Assembly: GCA_040905565.1 (NCBI GenBank)
Contig: JBBDRF010000020.1
Span: forward strand, 1 to 51,331
Direction of reading: 5' to 3'
Length of the DNA stretch: 51,331 bases
Source: Phycisphaeraceae bacterium
Lineage (GTDB): Bacteria > Planctomycetota > Phycisphaerae > Phycisphaerales > Zrk34
Below the pieces are notes generated by a model. That model was given only the letters and a program-made list of their open reading frames with translations, was not told the origin of the DNA and made no database searches. The first letter of the stretch is position 1. The number at the start of each line of letters is the position of its first letter. A program made the translations under genes and the position numbers. Positions 8,871 to 18,235 of this stretch are shown here, piece after piece.

Positions 8871-10643
8871 ATGCGGATCGCTCATCTGCTGCGGACCAGA
8901 GATTTGCTGATTGTGATGGTCGTCTGTCTGCTGACGGCGCCGGCGCTCGCCGAGCAGCGGCCGCCCAACGTGATTTTGATCATGACCGATGATCAAGGCT
9001 ACGGGGATCTCGCGGCTCATGGTCACACCGAGTTGGTCACGCCGCACATGGATGCCCTGCACGAACAAAGCGTGCGCCTCGATCAGTTTCACGTCGACCC
9101 CACCTGCTCGCCAACGCGATCGGCGCTGCTAACCGGCCGCTACTCGGGCCGCGTGGGCGTGTGGCACACCGTGATGGGTCGCAACATGCTCCGCGAGGAC
9201 GAAACGACCCTCGCCGAAAGCTTCCAGGCCACCGGCTACCGAACGGCGATCTACGGCAAATGGCACTTGGGCGACAACTACCCCTACGGTGCCAAATGGC
9301 GGGGCTTTGACGACGCAATCGTCCATTTCGCCGGCGGCGTGGGCCAGACACCGGATTTCTGGGGTAACGACTACTTCGATGACCACTACTTCGACAACGG
9401 CGCGTGGACGCCGTTCCAGGGCTACTGCACCGACGTATGGTTTCGCGAGGCCTTACGCTTCATCCGCGAAAACCGCGATGAACCGTTCTTCCTCTACCTG
9501 CCGACCAACGCGGCCCACCAGACCCGGTCGCACGTGCCGCAGCGGTACCGCGATCTCTACGCCGACGTCGCCGTGCCCGAGCGCCTTCGCATCTTCTGGG
9601 GCATGATTTCCAACATCGACAATAACCTCGGCGTCATGATGGACCGCCTTGAGCGATGGGACCTGGCGGACGACACGATCGTCATCTTCATGGGCGACAA
9701 CGGCACGACCATGAGCCCGCACTGGTGGCCCGACGAGCAGCGGCCGGACGACTGGGCCCAGCTTTACAACGCGGGCATGCGCGGCACCAAGGGCTCGCAC
9801 TACGACGGCGGCCACCGGGCGTTCTGCTACATCCGCTATCCCGCAGGTGGCATCGGCGGCGGACGGGATGTCCATCGCATCACCGCCCACGTCGACCTGA
9901 TGCCGACGCTGCTGGACTTGTGCGGCATTGAGCCGCCGCAGGACGTGGCCTTCGATGGCACCTCGCTCGTCCCGCTGCTGACCGATCCCGACGCCGAGGC
10001 CGACTGGCCGGACCGCACAATCATGCTCCACAACCAGCGCGTGCTCGATCCGGTCAAGTGGCGAAACACGTCGGTGATGACCGACCGCTGGCGCTTCGTG
10101 GATAACGCCGAGCTTTACGACATCCAGGCCGACCCGGGCCAGCGGCAGAACGTGATCGGCGACCATCCTGAGGTAGCCGACCGCCTGCGTGCCGAGTACG
10201 AGACCTGGTGGGCGGATATCTCGCAGCAATTCGACGAGACCACGCTGCTGTACATCGGAACCGAGCAGCAGCCGCGGGTGCTGCTCAATGCCCACGATTG
10301 GATGGTCGATCGGACGCAGGACGTGCCTTGGAATCAGCCGCACGTGCGCAACCGCCTGGCGACCAACGGCCCCTGGCGGGTGCGCGTCGCGCGGCCTGGG
10401 CGATACGCGTTCGTCCTGCGTGAGCGGCCCGAGGTGGCGGACTTCCCGCTCAAGGCCGAGCAGGCACGGCTGCGCATCGGCGACGGGGTGGACCAGACGC
10501 GCGACGTGCCCGAGGGCGCCACGGGCGTCGCTTTCGAGGTGAAACTGCCCGCCGGCGACACCGAAGTAAAGACGTGGCTGATCGAGAATGGCGAGCCGGC
10601 CCGCGGCGCCTATTACGTAGACGTCACGTGGCTGGGCCCCTAG
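8871..10643 (+). CDS. Arylsulfatase (formylglycine-dependent, Cys-type), secreted
   Basis: PNVILIMTDDQGYGD, CSPTRSALLTGR, GKWHLG and GDNG motifs; signal peptide; GGAGG 6 nt upstream of ATG 8871. Confidence 0.95.
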   Translation: MRIAHLLRTRDLLIVMVVCLLTAPALAEQRPPNVILIMTDDQGYGDLAAHGHTELVTPHMDALHEQSVRLDQFHVDPTCSPTRSALLTGRYSGRVGVWHTVMGRNMLREDETTLAESFQATGYRTAIYGKWHLGDNYPYGAKWRGFDDAIVHFAGGVGQTPDFWGNDYFDDHYFDNGAWTPFQGYCTDVWFREALRFIRENRDEPFFLYLPTNAAHQTRSHVPQRYRDLYADVAVPERLRIFWGMISNIDNNLGVMMDRLERWDLADDTIVIFMGDNGTTMSPHWWPDEQRPDDWAQLYNAGMRGTKGSHYDGGHRAFCYIRYPAGGIGGGRDVHRITAHVDLMPTLLDLCGIEPPQDVAFDGTSLVPLLTDPDAEADWPDRTIMLHNQRVLDPVKWRNTSVMTDRWRFVDNAELYDIQADPGQRQNVIGDHPEVADRLRAEYETWWADISQQFDETTLLYIGTEQQPRVLLNAHDWMVDRTQDVPWNQPHVRNRLATNGPWRVRVARPGRYAFVLRERPEVADFPLKAEQARLRIGDGVDQTRDVPEGATGVAFEVKLPAGDTEVKTWLIENGEPARGAYYVDVTWLGP

Positions 10644-10871
10644 TGGGCCACCGGCGTTCGTTGCATTGAAGGTTCGTCGACGCGCCACCGTCTGAGTCGC
10701 CAGACGGCTGGCACTGGTGGCTTGTCATCCGTTCGCCCCGGCCCCCGTCTACGTGTTGCGCCGCCCACTTTGCGTGCGACTTGTTGGCAATCGGTTCAGG
10801 AACTCGAACGAGCGGCGGCGACCCCTCCAAACACGCCGCTTGTGGCGTCGTCCTTCATGCCGGCCATTCCC

Positions 10872-10889
10872 CGATGTTAACATCGTGGA
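10872..10889. promoter_or_regulatory. Palindromic site GATGTTAACATC (copy 2)
   Basis: CGATGTTAACATCGTGGA, identical over 18 bp to 11801-11818. Confidence 0.55.
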
Positions 10890-11149
10890 CTGTGACGCGC
10901 GACGGCAACGAACATGAGCAAAATTGCAGCGCCAAGTAGTTTGAACTCTATCACAACCCCTTGTGCATCTCCGCCGTTCAACCGGCGACGGAGTCATGCT
11001 GATAATCAAAGTGTGGCGCGGTTACGGAGCATTGCAGCAACGCCCGTGACCCACTCTTCCCGCCCTTCGCTGGGTTCGGCCTCAGGATTTCATGGTTCAG
11101 TGATGCGCGAAGCCCCACGAAGCAACCTTCACCCGCGAAACGAACCCGA

Positions 11150-11326
11150 TCATGATCGTTCCAGCATCAACAAATTCCGCTCGATGGATCTTTCAATACG
11201 GCAGCTATACGCTTCAAGCTTCATAAGGGCATCGGGGTCATTTGCGAGCCGCCGCATCACGTCGCTTTGCGTTTCTCGGAGCCATTGTTCGAACTGCAGC
11301 TGCCGCGGACGGTGAGAATTGAGCCG
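11150..11326 (-). pseudogene. Start-less fragment of a mobile-element hypothetical protein
   Basis: Open frame with protein-like RQLQFEQWLRETQSDVMRRLANDPDALMKLEAYSCRIERSIERNLLMLERS*, bounded upstream by an in-frame stop with no convincing start for the full segment. Confidence 0.4.
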
Positions 11327-11400
11327 TTAATTGTCCTGCGGCGGCGCAGCGGTCAGCCAGGCATCGCCTGCTACGGGGAGACGGCGGAAGACTGTCGTGG

Positions 11401-11626
11401 GGTTGGTTGCGCAGACGGGCGACCCGGCCCGGGCATCTACCCCTGCGCGAGCGACCATCCTGCCTGGGTGGAAATGAAGTGAAATAACAAAATTAACTAC
11501 TTGCTTGCTCAGAACGGTAATTAAGAGAGAAGAATACTGCCTTCATTCAGGCCCGGGCTGAGGGTTGTTGCTTGCTCAACCACGGGTAGATACCCGGGCA
11601 ATGGGCCAGCTGTTGCGCAACCAACC
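11401..11626. repeat. 226-bp imperfect inverted repeat around an AT-rich core
   Basis: GGTTGGTTGCGCA (11401-13) pairs with TGCGCAACCAACC (11614-26), 13/13. 11427-42 pairs with 11584-99, 15/16. AATGAAG (11473-79) pairs with CTTCATT (11541-47). Confidence 0.85.
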
Positions 11627-11798
11627 GCCTGCTCATCCACTGCGCACCCATGGTGCGCAACCTCCGGAGCATCCTCCAGCCAAAAAGTACCGTTTGTGCC
11701 CCTTGTCACCGATGGCAGGGCGGCTCGTCTGCTTGCCGGTCGTCGCTCAGGCTGTTGGTGTGGCAATTACGCACCATCGGGGGTCTGTCGGCGAAAAG

Positions 11799-11816
11799 CA
11801 CGATGTTAACATCGTG
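11799..11816. promoter_or_regulatory. Perfect 18-bp palindrome CACGATGTTAACATCGTG (copy 3)
   Basis: Read directly; self-complementary. Confidence 0.6.
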
Positions 11817-12161
11817 GAAGTGGTATAGAAGGTTAATGTATTGACCAGTCGATGTGGCTGTTACTCCTCACGCGAACAGATGATCCATGTGCGTAGTCAG
11901 GCGCTTCGCGTGCCCGCAGCTGAAGCAAAGCCCCAGTCCGGGCTCGGGCTGGTCGGAGATGTGACGGCGTGGCTTCAGAGCAGACGTTACGGGCGATCAC
12001 ACCCAGCGGCCCGACGATCGCCGCCCACGTGACGAACCTGCGGCGGCCCCTCCCGACGCGTCTGCACCACGACACCACGACCGCCAGCTCTAGGGTGATA
12101 GTCTGGGGATGCTCGTGGACGAGAGTATTGCCCTCGGACGCGGCAGTAAATGAGCCGTTCC

Positions 12162-13046
12162 TTAACAGCCTTGGCGCAATCCGGCTTCCGAACGTAGTAG
12201 GAGCTCCTGCTCGAGGCCTCGCTGACGACGATCCCAGATATCCACCAGCTGGGCGATCACGGCGTCGGCAGTGAAGTGTCGGACATGCCGGAGCGTATCC
12301 AGTTGATCCACGAGTAGCTCACGCTTGCCATAACGGGCGACGAGTGCGTCGAGATTGTTCGGCAGGTGCATCTGCACGCGTCCGGGACAGGCTTCGCAGA
12401 GTCGGAGGTACTCGGCAGCGCCGACGGGGTCATAATCACCCCAGTGCAGATACGAGCAGTCGCTCATGACATTCGAGCTCAGCCAGGCAAGAAGGCGACG
12501 GGAAGACATTCGGCCTGCGGTGTAGATGGCCAGATCCACGTTGAGGACGCGGTGGTGGCGCCAGAAGGCCTCGGCGTTCTCAACCACGGCAACGGTGCCC
12601 GCGAACTGCCACGTACGCTCGTCATCCAGCAGAAGGGCCGCGCCGCCCGCCAGCCGCGTCAGATCCGCGACCGGGACCGTTGATCCATCCTCGGCGGCTC
12701 GGACGACAACTCCAGGTCGGGTAGATCGCATAAAAATGCCTTCACAGGCGCCCCTCGCCGCCCGCTTTGCATCACCTGTTCCCCACACGGCTGAGGCGCG
12801 ATCGTAGACAGGCTCAAGGGGACCGTCGAGGCCGAGAGGGAATCGCTGGTTGATTAGCGCCTCCAACGCCCCCTCATCAGTAACCTGAAGCACCCGCCCG
12901 CGTCCAGATGGTCGCCAGCGCACGGCGTTGCAGGTCAGCAGCTGTTCCACAAGCGCGTGGCAGCCCCGGCTGATCCGGGACCTGGGCACGCCGAGGGAAC
13001 CCGCCCGGCGCAGTTCTTTGAGAAATCCTCGTTCCGCCTGGCTCAT
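12162..13046 (-). CDS. jetD: JetD/MksG-like TOPRIM nuclease (about 294 aa)
   Basis: VVENAEAF (catalytic Glu), HWGDYDPVG (DxD) and C-terminal LEQE motifs. Its ATG overlaps the mksB stop (ATGA, 13046-13043). Confidence 0.8.
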   Translation of the reverse strand: MSQAERGFLKELRRAGSLGVPRSRISRGCHALVEQLLTCNAVRWRPSGRGRVLQVTDEGALEALINQRFPLGLDGPLEPVYDRASAVWGTGDAKRAARGACEGIFMRSTRPGVVVRAAEDGSTVPVADLTRLAGGAALLLDDERTWQFAGTVAVVENAEAFWRHHRVLNVDLAIYTAGRMSSRRLLAWLSSNVMSDCSYLHWGDYDPVGAAEYLRLCEACPGRVQMHLPNNLDALVARYGKRELLVDQLDTLRHVRHFTADAVIAQLVDIWDRRQRGLEQELLLRSEAGLRQGC

Positions 13047-15889
13047 GACCGCGTCGCCATTCGGTAGTCGTCCAGATCGGCACGATGCCCACGGCACGTG
13101 CGGCACTGGTCGATGAAGAAATCGCCCGACTCCTTCTGTCCGAGCGAATAGACGGTCACAGTCGGGTGCGCCAGGGGCTCGATCCGTACGTCGGGGTCGG
13201 CAGTGATGGGCATGACACCCTTGTCCACAGCCATTCGGGTCGTGGCGGCGAGATTCTGCTCATCGAGTTGGCCAGTCTCATCGAGGTAGAAATGCAGGCG
13301 GTAATTCTCCTGCCCCACCACAGCGCGAACCAGCTGAACGAACACCATCGCTTTGGCGGTCATCCCTGTGCCGGTGCTGCCAATCTCATCCAGTGACCTT
13401 GCCTCCAATGGGCGCTCGCCATCACGCTCATGGACTTTAATGTGGATCGCGAACAGTTCATCGAGCTGAATGACCTTGCCGTCTCGAATCCATCGCTCCA
13501 TCTGCCGCTTGGCGCGGTCGATCTTCTCGTGGTCCTGGAAGATCCCGCCTTCACTGGTGAGGGTTTCGACAAGGTCGAAGGCTTGGTTGTCGACGACAAC
13601 CTCGAGTTGAACGCTGCGAAGGTTGCTGACGCGGTAATCGGTCAGGCCACGCGTGATGCGGTTGACTGCGGTGCGGATCTCCGCCACCCCGTGCTTGATC
13701 TCACTGAGCTTGGCGCCAACGCGAGTGAACAACGAGGACCAGGCCTGCTCCACCGCCGCCATCTGTTCAGGCAACGATTCGATCATCTCGATCAGACGCT
13801 CCCAATCGGCGTCGGCATCGCTGAAATAGACGATCTGGCCCTCGAACTGGTGCGATGCCTCGGTGATCGACTTCTGCGTGCGCTCCAGTTGGCGCCGCTG
13901 CTTCTCGATCTGGCCGACCGCATTCTGCATCGCCTCCAACTGAGCGTGAAGGTTTGCCGCACGCTGACGCACCTCAGCCCAAGTCTCCTGCTGGCTCGGA
14001 AGCTCAGCCCCTTCCCCGACATCCTTCGCGAGGGGGATGTCGAGCTCCGCCTCAGCCTGCATCTCTTCGTACCTGCGAGCGGCCTTGCGCAGACCTTCAC
14101 GGACCTGTGCTGACTCATGCTGCACGCCGTCGAGCATACGCACCTGGTTGTCAAGCTCCTCGATCTGCCCCTTCAGGTCTATGATCTTCGCTTCGATTTT
14201 GCCGACTCGTTCCGTCGCGCGTTCGATCTCGCGGATGGCGAGTTGGCGGTCGGCCCACTGTTGCGCGTAGGCGTCGTGTTCCTGGAGCTGCTCTACCAGC
14301 CGGCGCTTCTCCGCCTGCTTTTGCTTCAATTGCTCAGCAGCCTGTGCCTGATTCTCAGCCACCTCAAGTTGCCGGCGGCTGTCACTCAGGTCCCGCTTGG
14401 TCACCTCGATGTCGTCACGAAGCGATTCACGACTCGCCGTTTGAGGCAGGCTGGCCCCCGGCAAGCGAGCAAGCTGGACTTCCACGGCACTGTCCCGGTA
14501 CTGCCCATCGGCGATCGCCTCATGCAGACCCAGCAGCTCGCGCCGCAACAACGATTCGTCCCGAATGCGAATGTCCTCGCCGACCGACAGATCCAGCAGA
14601 TGTGGGTTGATCAGCGTGAAAAGGTCACCAATCTGCTCATCGGTCAGTCCGCTGTCACGCAGTGCATTAATCGCACGCGTCTCCCAATTATCAAGGACAC
14701 GCTGTTTCCTTCCCACCTGCCCGTCCAGTTCCTTCACGCGACGACGCATGGCTTCGACGTTCACCTGCTCTGCCCGCTCAAGGTCCTCGCGGAGCTTAAC
14801 GATCTCGCCGTCAAGCGTGGCCACATTGTCCCGCATGGTGTCGAGCATCTGCTTGCTGCAAGTCGACCACTTCGCATGAAGCCCTTGAAGGCTCTTCCAC
14901 GCCTCTTCCGTCGTGTCGCGTTCACTACGAAGCCGCCCCAGTTGCTGGTTCAACTTGTCCTTCCGGTTTGCCAGCGTCCGCCTCCGGTCAACGTGCTTTC
15001 GTGATTCTCCTGCCGCGGACGCATGCACATGCGTGATAGCTTGGAACATCTCGACCAACGCAGGCGCAATGGATGTGGCCTGTGCCCCAAGCTCCTGTGC
15101 GGCGCCCGCGATGTCTTCGCGGATCGTGCGCCCCTTCTCGACATCGTCCATGACCCCCTGCGTGAATCGCAACGCCCGCTCCGCCTGCTCGGCCCGCAGG
15201 AACTCCTCACGATGCTCCGCGGCCACATCGATCTTGCGACAGGTGATATCACGCGTGTGGCACGTGATGATCAGTTCCCGCAACTCGCGTGCTGACACGT
15301 TGCTCAGCGCCAGCAGGTGGATGAACGCTGCACGAAAGGATTCGTATTCATTACGAGCCCGCACCGGAAGGATATTCAGCCGCGGCAAAGACCCATTGTT
15401 GGTATTCGCCGGCGGACTACCCAGTACCTCCCACAGGTTGCCGGGTTTGACCTCGCCGAGGCCCTTCCCAGCGAGTTGCCGTCGCAGTTGGTCCAGCGTG
15501 AGCAGACGCTGATCATCGTCAACGAACGCGCTGCGGTCGAAGGGGCCATCGAACACAAAGCGCAGAAAATTTGAGTTATTCAGCGGCCCCTGCCCGGCGA
15601 CGAGCAGGCACTTAGCGCCGAGCGGCGTCATGCACTCGAATACCAGATACGACGGATTCCGGCCGAAGTAGTGCCGCCGAGTATCCTCGACGTTGCGCGA
15701 CCCGAACCGCATGTGAGACAGTCTGTCCACGTAGAGAAACTGCAGCGCGTTCACCAGTGTGCTCTTCCCGCGATTGTTCGGTGCCGCGAGGTGCACCGGT
15801 GCTGTCAGATCAAGCTCAGCGTACGAATAGTTGCCGCTGTTGATCAGCACCAGCTTACGCACGCCGTAATGGGCCGATGATCCGCTCAC
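13043..15889 (-). CDS. mksB: SMC-family ATPase MksB/JetC
   Basis: Walker A APNNRGKST, long coiled coils, degenerate signature GSTGT, Walker B/D-loop FYLDETGQLD. N-terminal YGVRKLVLINS...NALQF...MRFG...RRHYF pattern is MksB-like. GTGA overlap with mksE. Confidence 0.9.
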   Translation of the reverse strand: MSGSSAHYGVRKLVLINSGNYSYAELDLTAPVHLAAPNNRGKSTLVNALQFLYVDRLSHMRFGSRNVEDTRRHYFGRNPSYLVFECMTPLGAKCLLVAGQGPLNNSNFLRFVFDGPFDRSAFVDDDQRLLTLDQLRRQLAGKGLGEVKPGNLWEVLGSPPANTNNGSLPRLNILPVRARNEYESFRAAFIHLLALSNVSARELRELIITCHTRDITCRKIDVAAEHREEFLRAEQAERALRFTQGVMDDVEKGRTIREDIAGAAQELGAQATSIAPALVEMFQAITHVHASAAGESRKHVDRRRTLANRKDKLNQQLGRLRSERDTTEEAWKSLQGLHAKWSTCSKQMLDTMRDNVATLDGEIVKLREDLERAEQVNVEAMRRRVKELDGQVGRKQRVLDNWETRAINALRDSGLTDEQIGDLFTLINPHLLDLSVGEDIRIRDESLLRRELLGLHEAIADGQYRDSAVEVQLARLPGASLPQTASRESLRDDIEVTKRDLSDSRRQLEVAENQAQAAEQLKQKQAEKRRLVEQLQEHDAYAQQWADRQLAIREIERATERVGKIEAKIIDLKGQIEELDNQVRMLDGVQHESAQVREGLRKAARRYEEMQAEAELDIPLAKDVGEGAELPSQQETWAEVRQRAANLHAQLEAMQNAVGQIEKQRRQLERTQKSITEASHQFEGQIVYFSDADADWERLIEMIESLPEQMAAVEQAWSSLFTRVGAKLSEIKHGVAEIRTAVNRITRGLTDYRVSNLRSVQLEVVVDNQAFDLVETLTSEGGIFQDHEKIDRAKRQMERWIRDGKVIQLDELFAIHIKVHERDGERPLEARSLDEIGSTGTGMTAKAMVFVQLVRAVVGQENYRLHFYLDETGQLDEQNLAATTRMAVDKGVMPITADPDVRIEPLAHPTVTVYSLGQKESGDFFIDQCRTCRGHRADLDDYRMATRS

Positions 15890-16542
15890 GCATCGTCCTC
15901 GTCGAGTGGTTCGGTTTCGCCGTCGCCATCATCAAGGCCGGCAGCGCCCTCCACCGTCTCGGCCTCCTGCGCCAGATCCTGCCGTCGCTGCCATTGCTCA
16001 TCATCGGCGTATTGCAGGAACAGGTCCACGAACCGGTAGACCGGGGGACGGAAGTGCATGACACCGCCACTCAATTCGATCACGCCCAGCTGCGTCAGGA
16101 ACCTGAGCAACTTCGTCTCGAGGTTTTCCCGCGTGATGCCAACGGCATGCATCAGCATGCGGCGATGGGCCGTGCTGAAGTGTGGCAGTTGGCTGACTTT
16201 GAACTGACGATTCAGAAGCGTGCGTTCCCACGACCGCTCGGGCTCGTTGAGCTTGTTGTCCTCCAACTCCTGAAACAGGATCAGCATGAAGAGCGTCGCT
16301 GCGCGAAGCCGCTTCGAGTGCAGCGTCGATTGTCCTGTGAAGTAGTAGAATCCCTGCGCGTGATGAACCATGTTGTAGCCGAGAGCCTTGAATGCCGTGG
16401 CGTAGCGTTCCTCCTCGCGATGAACGTCGTAATAATCTTCCCCGTCGTCGCGGCACAGGTGACGCCCCATGCGCAGTGCCCGGAAGACGCTGTCGATCCG
16501 GCGGGGCAGTCCGATGCTCGTTGTTGTTGTATCGCTATTCAT
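15886..16542 (-). CDS. mksE: Kite subunit MksE/JetB
   Basis: VFRALRMGRHL...YATAFKALGYNMVHHAQGFYYF...LTQLG...HFRPPVYRFVD is an MksE-like pattern; ATG 16542 overlaps the end of mksF. Confidence 0.85.
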   Translation of the reverse strand: MNSDTTTTSIGLPRRIDSVFRALRMGRHLCRDDGEDYYDVHREEERYATAFKALGYNMVHHAQGFYYFTGQSTLHSKRLRAATLFMLILFQELEDNKLNEPERSWERTLLNRQFKVSQLPHFSTAHRRMLMHAVGITRENLETKLLRFLTQLGVIELSGGVMHFRPPVYRFVDLFLQYADDEQWQRRQDLAQEAETVEGAAGLDDGDGETEPLDEDDA

Positions 16543-17767
16543 TCCGCCGGCTCCAGATCCACGTTCCGGCTTCGACCACCAGTGCTTCAAATTCATACTC
16601 GCGGCATTCATCACCAACCGTAACTCGCTCGCTCTCAAGATCCAGTAGCCGGTGCAGGAGATTGACGCATGTGTCAGGCCTTGCCTCGGATTGCTCCATC
16701 ACCCATTCAAGAAGGTCGTCGAGTTGCTCCTCAGCGTTGAGAAGATCCTGAAGGGCATAGGCCGTCGGTGGCACCGACATCTCGTCTGGCTCCCCCGGGA
16801 CCAACCGGGGCGGCGGCTCGTCCCTCAGCGAGAACGCGTCCTGCATGAATGCCGCAACCGCGTCGTCGCCCGCCAGTCCGAAATCCTGATCCAGGACAAC
16901 CGGTAACGCATCCGTCAAATTTAGCAGTTCCCACTGCTGTTGCCGAATGGCCTCAAGCGCACGATTCACCCCTCGCGCCACGGCCGATTCTCGAGCGGCC
17001 GCGATACACAACGGGGCGAGTTCGGCATTGGCCTCATCCGCCTGGCGGAGCACGGTACGCCGCAACCACACCACCTGTCGTCGTAGCCGGTTCCCCTCAT
17101 GGGCCAGAGGTGCTGAGGCCGGTTCGTCCGACCTCGTGAGTCTGGCACATTGGGTGCTGATCTGCTGCGTCACGGCGCGAAACGACCCGCTCGTGTCCAG
17201 CACGCCCATGATCGGCATCAAATAGTTATCGTAAAGATCCACCAGACGCCGAAGCCGTGACCGCATCCGCGGCGCATCTTCGGTGGCTCGATATTCAGCG
17301 ACTTCCTCCCCGATCCGCTCGATGTTGTCGCTGATCGTCGTGCCGACGACTTGAATCGCATCGCCAATGTCCCGGAGCAAGGAAATCGCCGCCTCTTCAT
17401 CAACGTCGTGGGCACCGGTCGCGAACGAATCCAGCATGCGATCGAGGTCGACCGCCAGACCCTGAAGCGTCTCCACCCACGCACGAACGACCGCCGGTGT
17501 CGCCAGAGCATGCCGCTCGTTCAGTTGCCGGATGAACCGCTCGAGAAACGGCGGTGGCGCCCAATCCTCCGTGATCTGGGTAAGCACGCCCAGCCTCTTC
17601 ATTTCGGTGATCAACCGGGCAGGGTTGGTCTCAACATCCACATGCGAGCGAATGAAGGCGGCAATCTCGTCGTCGGACCGGAAGCCTGCGTGCTCCAGGC
17701 ACATCTCCGCGAGAAGGTGGTAGTGCCGACCGACGAATTGGACAAACTCGCTGGGGCTCCGCTGCAT
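16535..17767 (-). CDS. mksF: Kleisin subunit MksF/JetA
   Basis: First gene of the operon; GAGGA upstream of ATG 17767. Motifs LYDNYLMPI, LAPL..AARESAVARG and DLLEWV resemble MksF. Confidence 0.8.
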   Translation of the reverse strand: MQRSPSEFVQFVGRHYHLLAEMCLEHAGFRSDDEIAAFIRSHVDVETNPARLITEMKRLGVLTQITEDWAPPPFLERFIRQLNERHALATPAVVRAWVETLQGLAVDLDRMLDSFATGAHDVDEEAAISLLRDIGDAIQVVGTTISDNIERIGEEVAEYRATEDAPRMRSRLRRLVDLYDNYLMPIMGVLDTSGSFRAVTQQISTQCARLTRSDEPASAPLAHEGNRLRRQVVWLRRTVLRQADEANAELAPLCIAAARESAVARGVNRALEAIRQQQWELLNLTDALPVVLDQDFGLAGDDAVAAFMQDAFSLRDEPPPRLVPGEPDEMSVPPTAYALQDLLNAEEQLDDLLEWVMEQSEARPDTCVNLLHRLLDLESERVTVGDECREYEFEALVVEAGTWIWSRRNE

Positions 17768-17851
17768 ACCATTTCCTCTACCCGCCAGATCGGCGGCGAA
17801 CCGCATTGGCATTAGTGTACCGCAAAGCACCCGCCCCGCGCCATCGCTCCT

Positions 17852-18127
17852 TCAGACGCTCGACTCGGACATCGGCTGATACTCCTCATGGCCGAACGTC
17901 TGGTCACATTGATGGAGTTCGACGAATCGGCCACCGTCGCGGGCATCGATGGCATGGCCTTTTCGGTAGCGAATTGTTGCTGATGGCGTTCGGCAGTGTC
18001 TGCATTGGGACCGCGTGAGAAACGGCAGGTCAATCAGCGTTAGATCGACTGCGCGAAACAGTCTGGGCGTCGCTGTTCGTTCACGGTCGCCACGAGGTGG
18101 AAACACCGGCACTCGGCCATCCACCAT
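17852..18127 (-). CDS. Small hypothetical protein with CxxC...HxC, possibly Zn-binding
   Basis: Same strand as the neighbouring element genes; QCRHC...LHQC motif; no family recognised. Confidence 0.3.
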   Translation of the reverse strand: MVDGRVPVFPPRGDRERTATPRLFRAVDLTLIDLPFLTRSQCRHCRTPSATIRYRKGHAIDARDGGRFVELHQCDQTFGHEEYQPMSESSV

Positions 18128-18235
18128 ATGCCGGCGACGGATCAGTCTAGGCGTGGTGATCCCCGTACGGACCTGAGCAGATGCACGTCGACCAACTCGC
18201 TCACAATGGTTAAGTGCTGGAAATCAACTACACAA

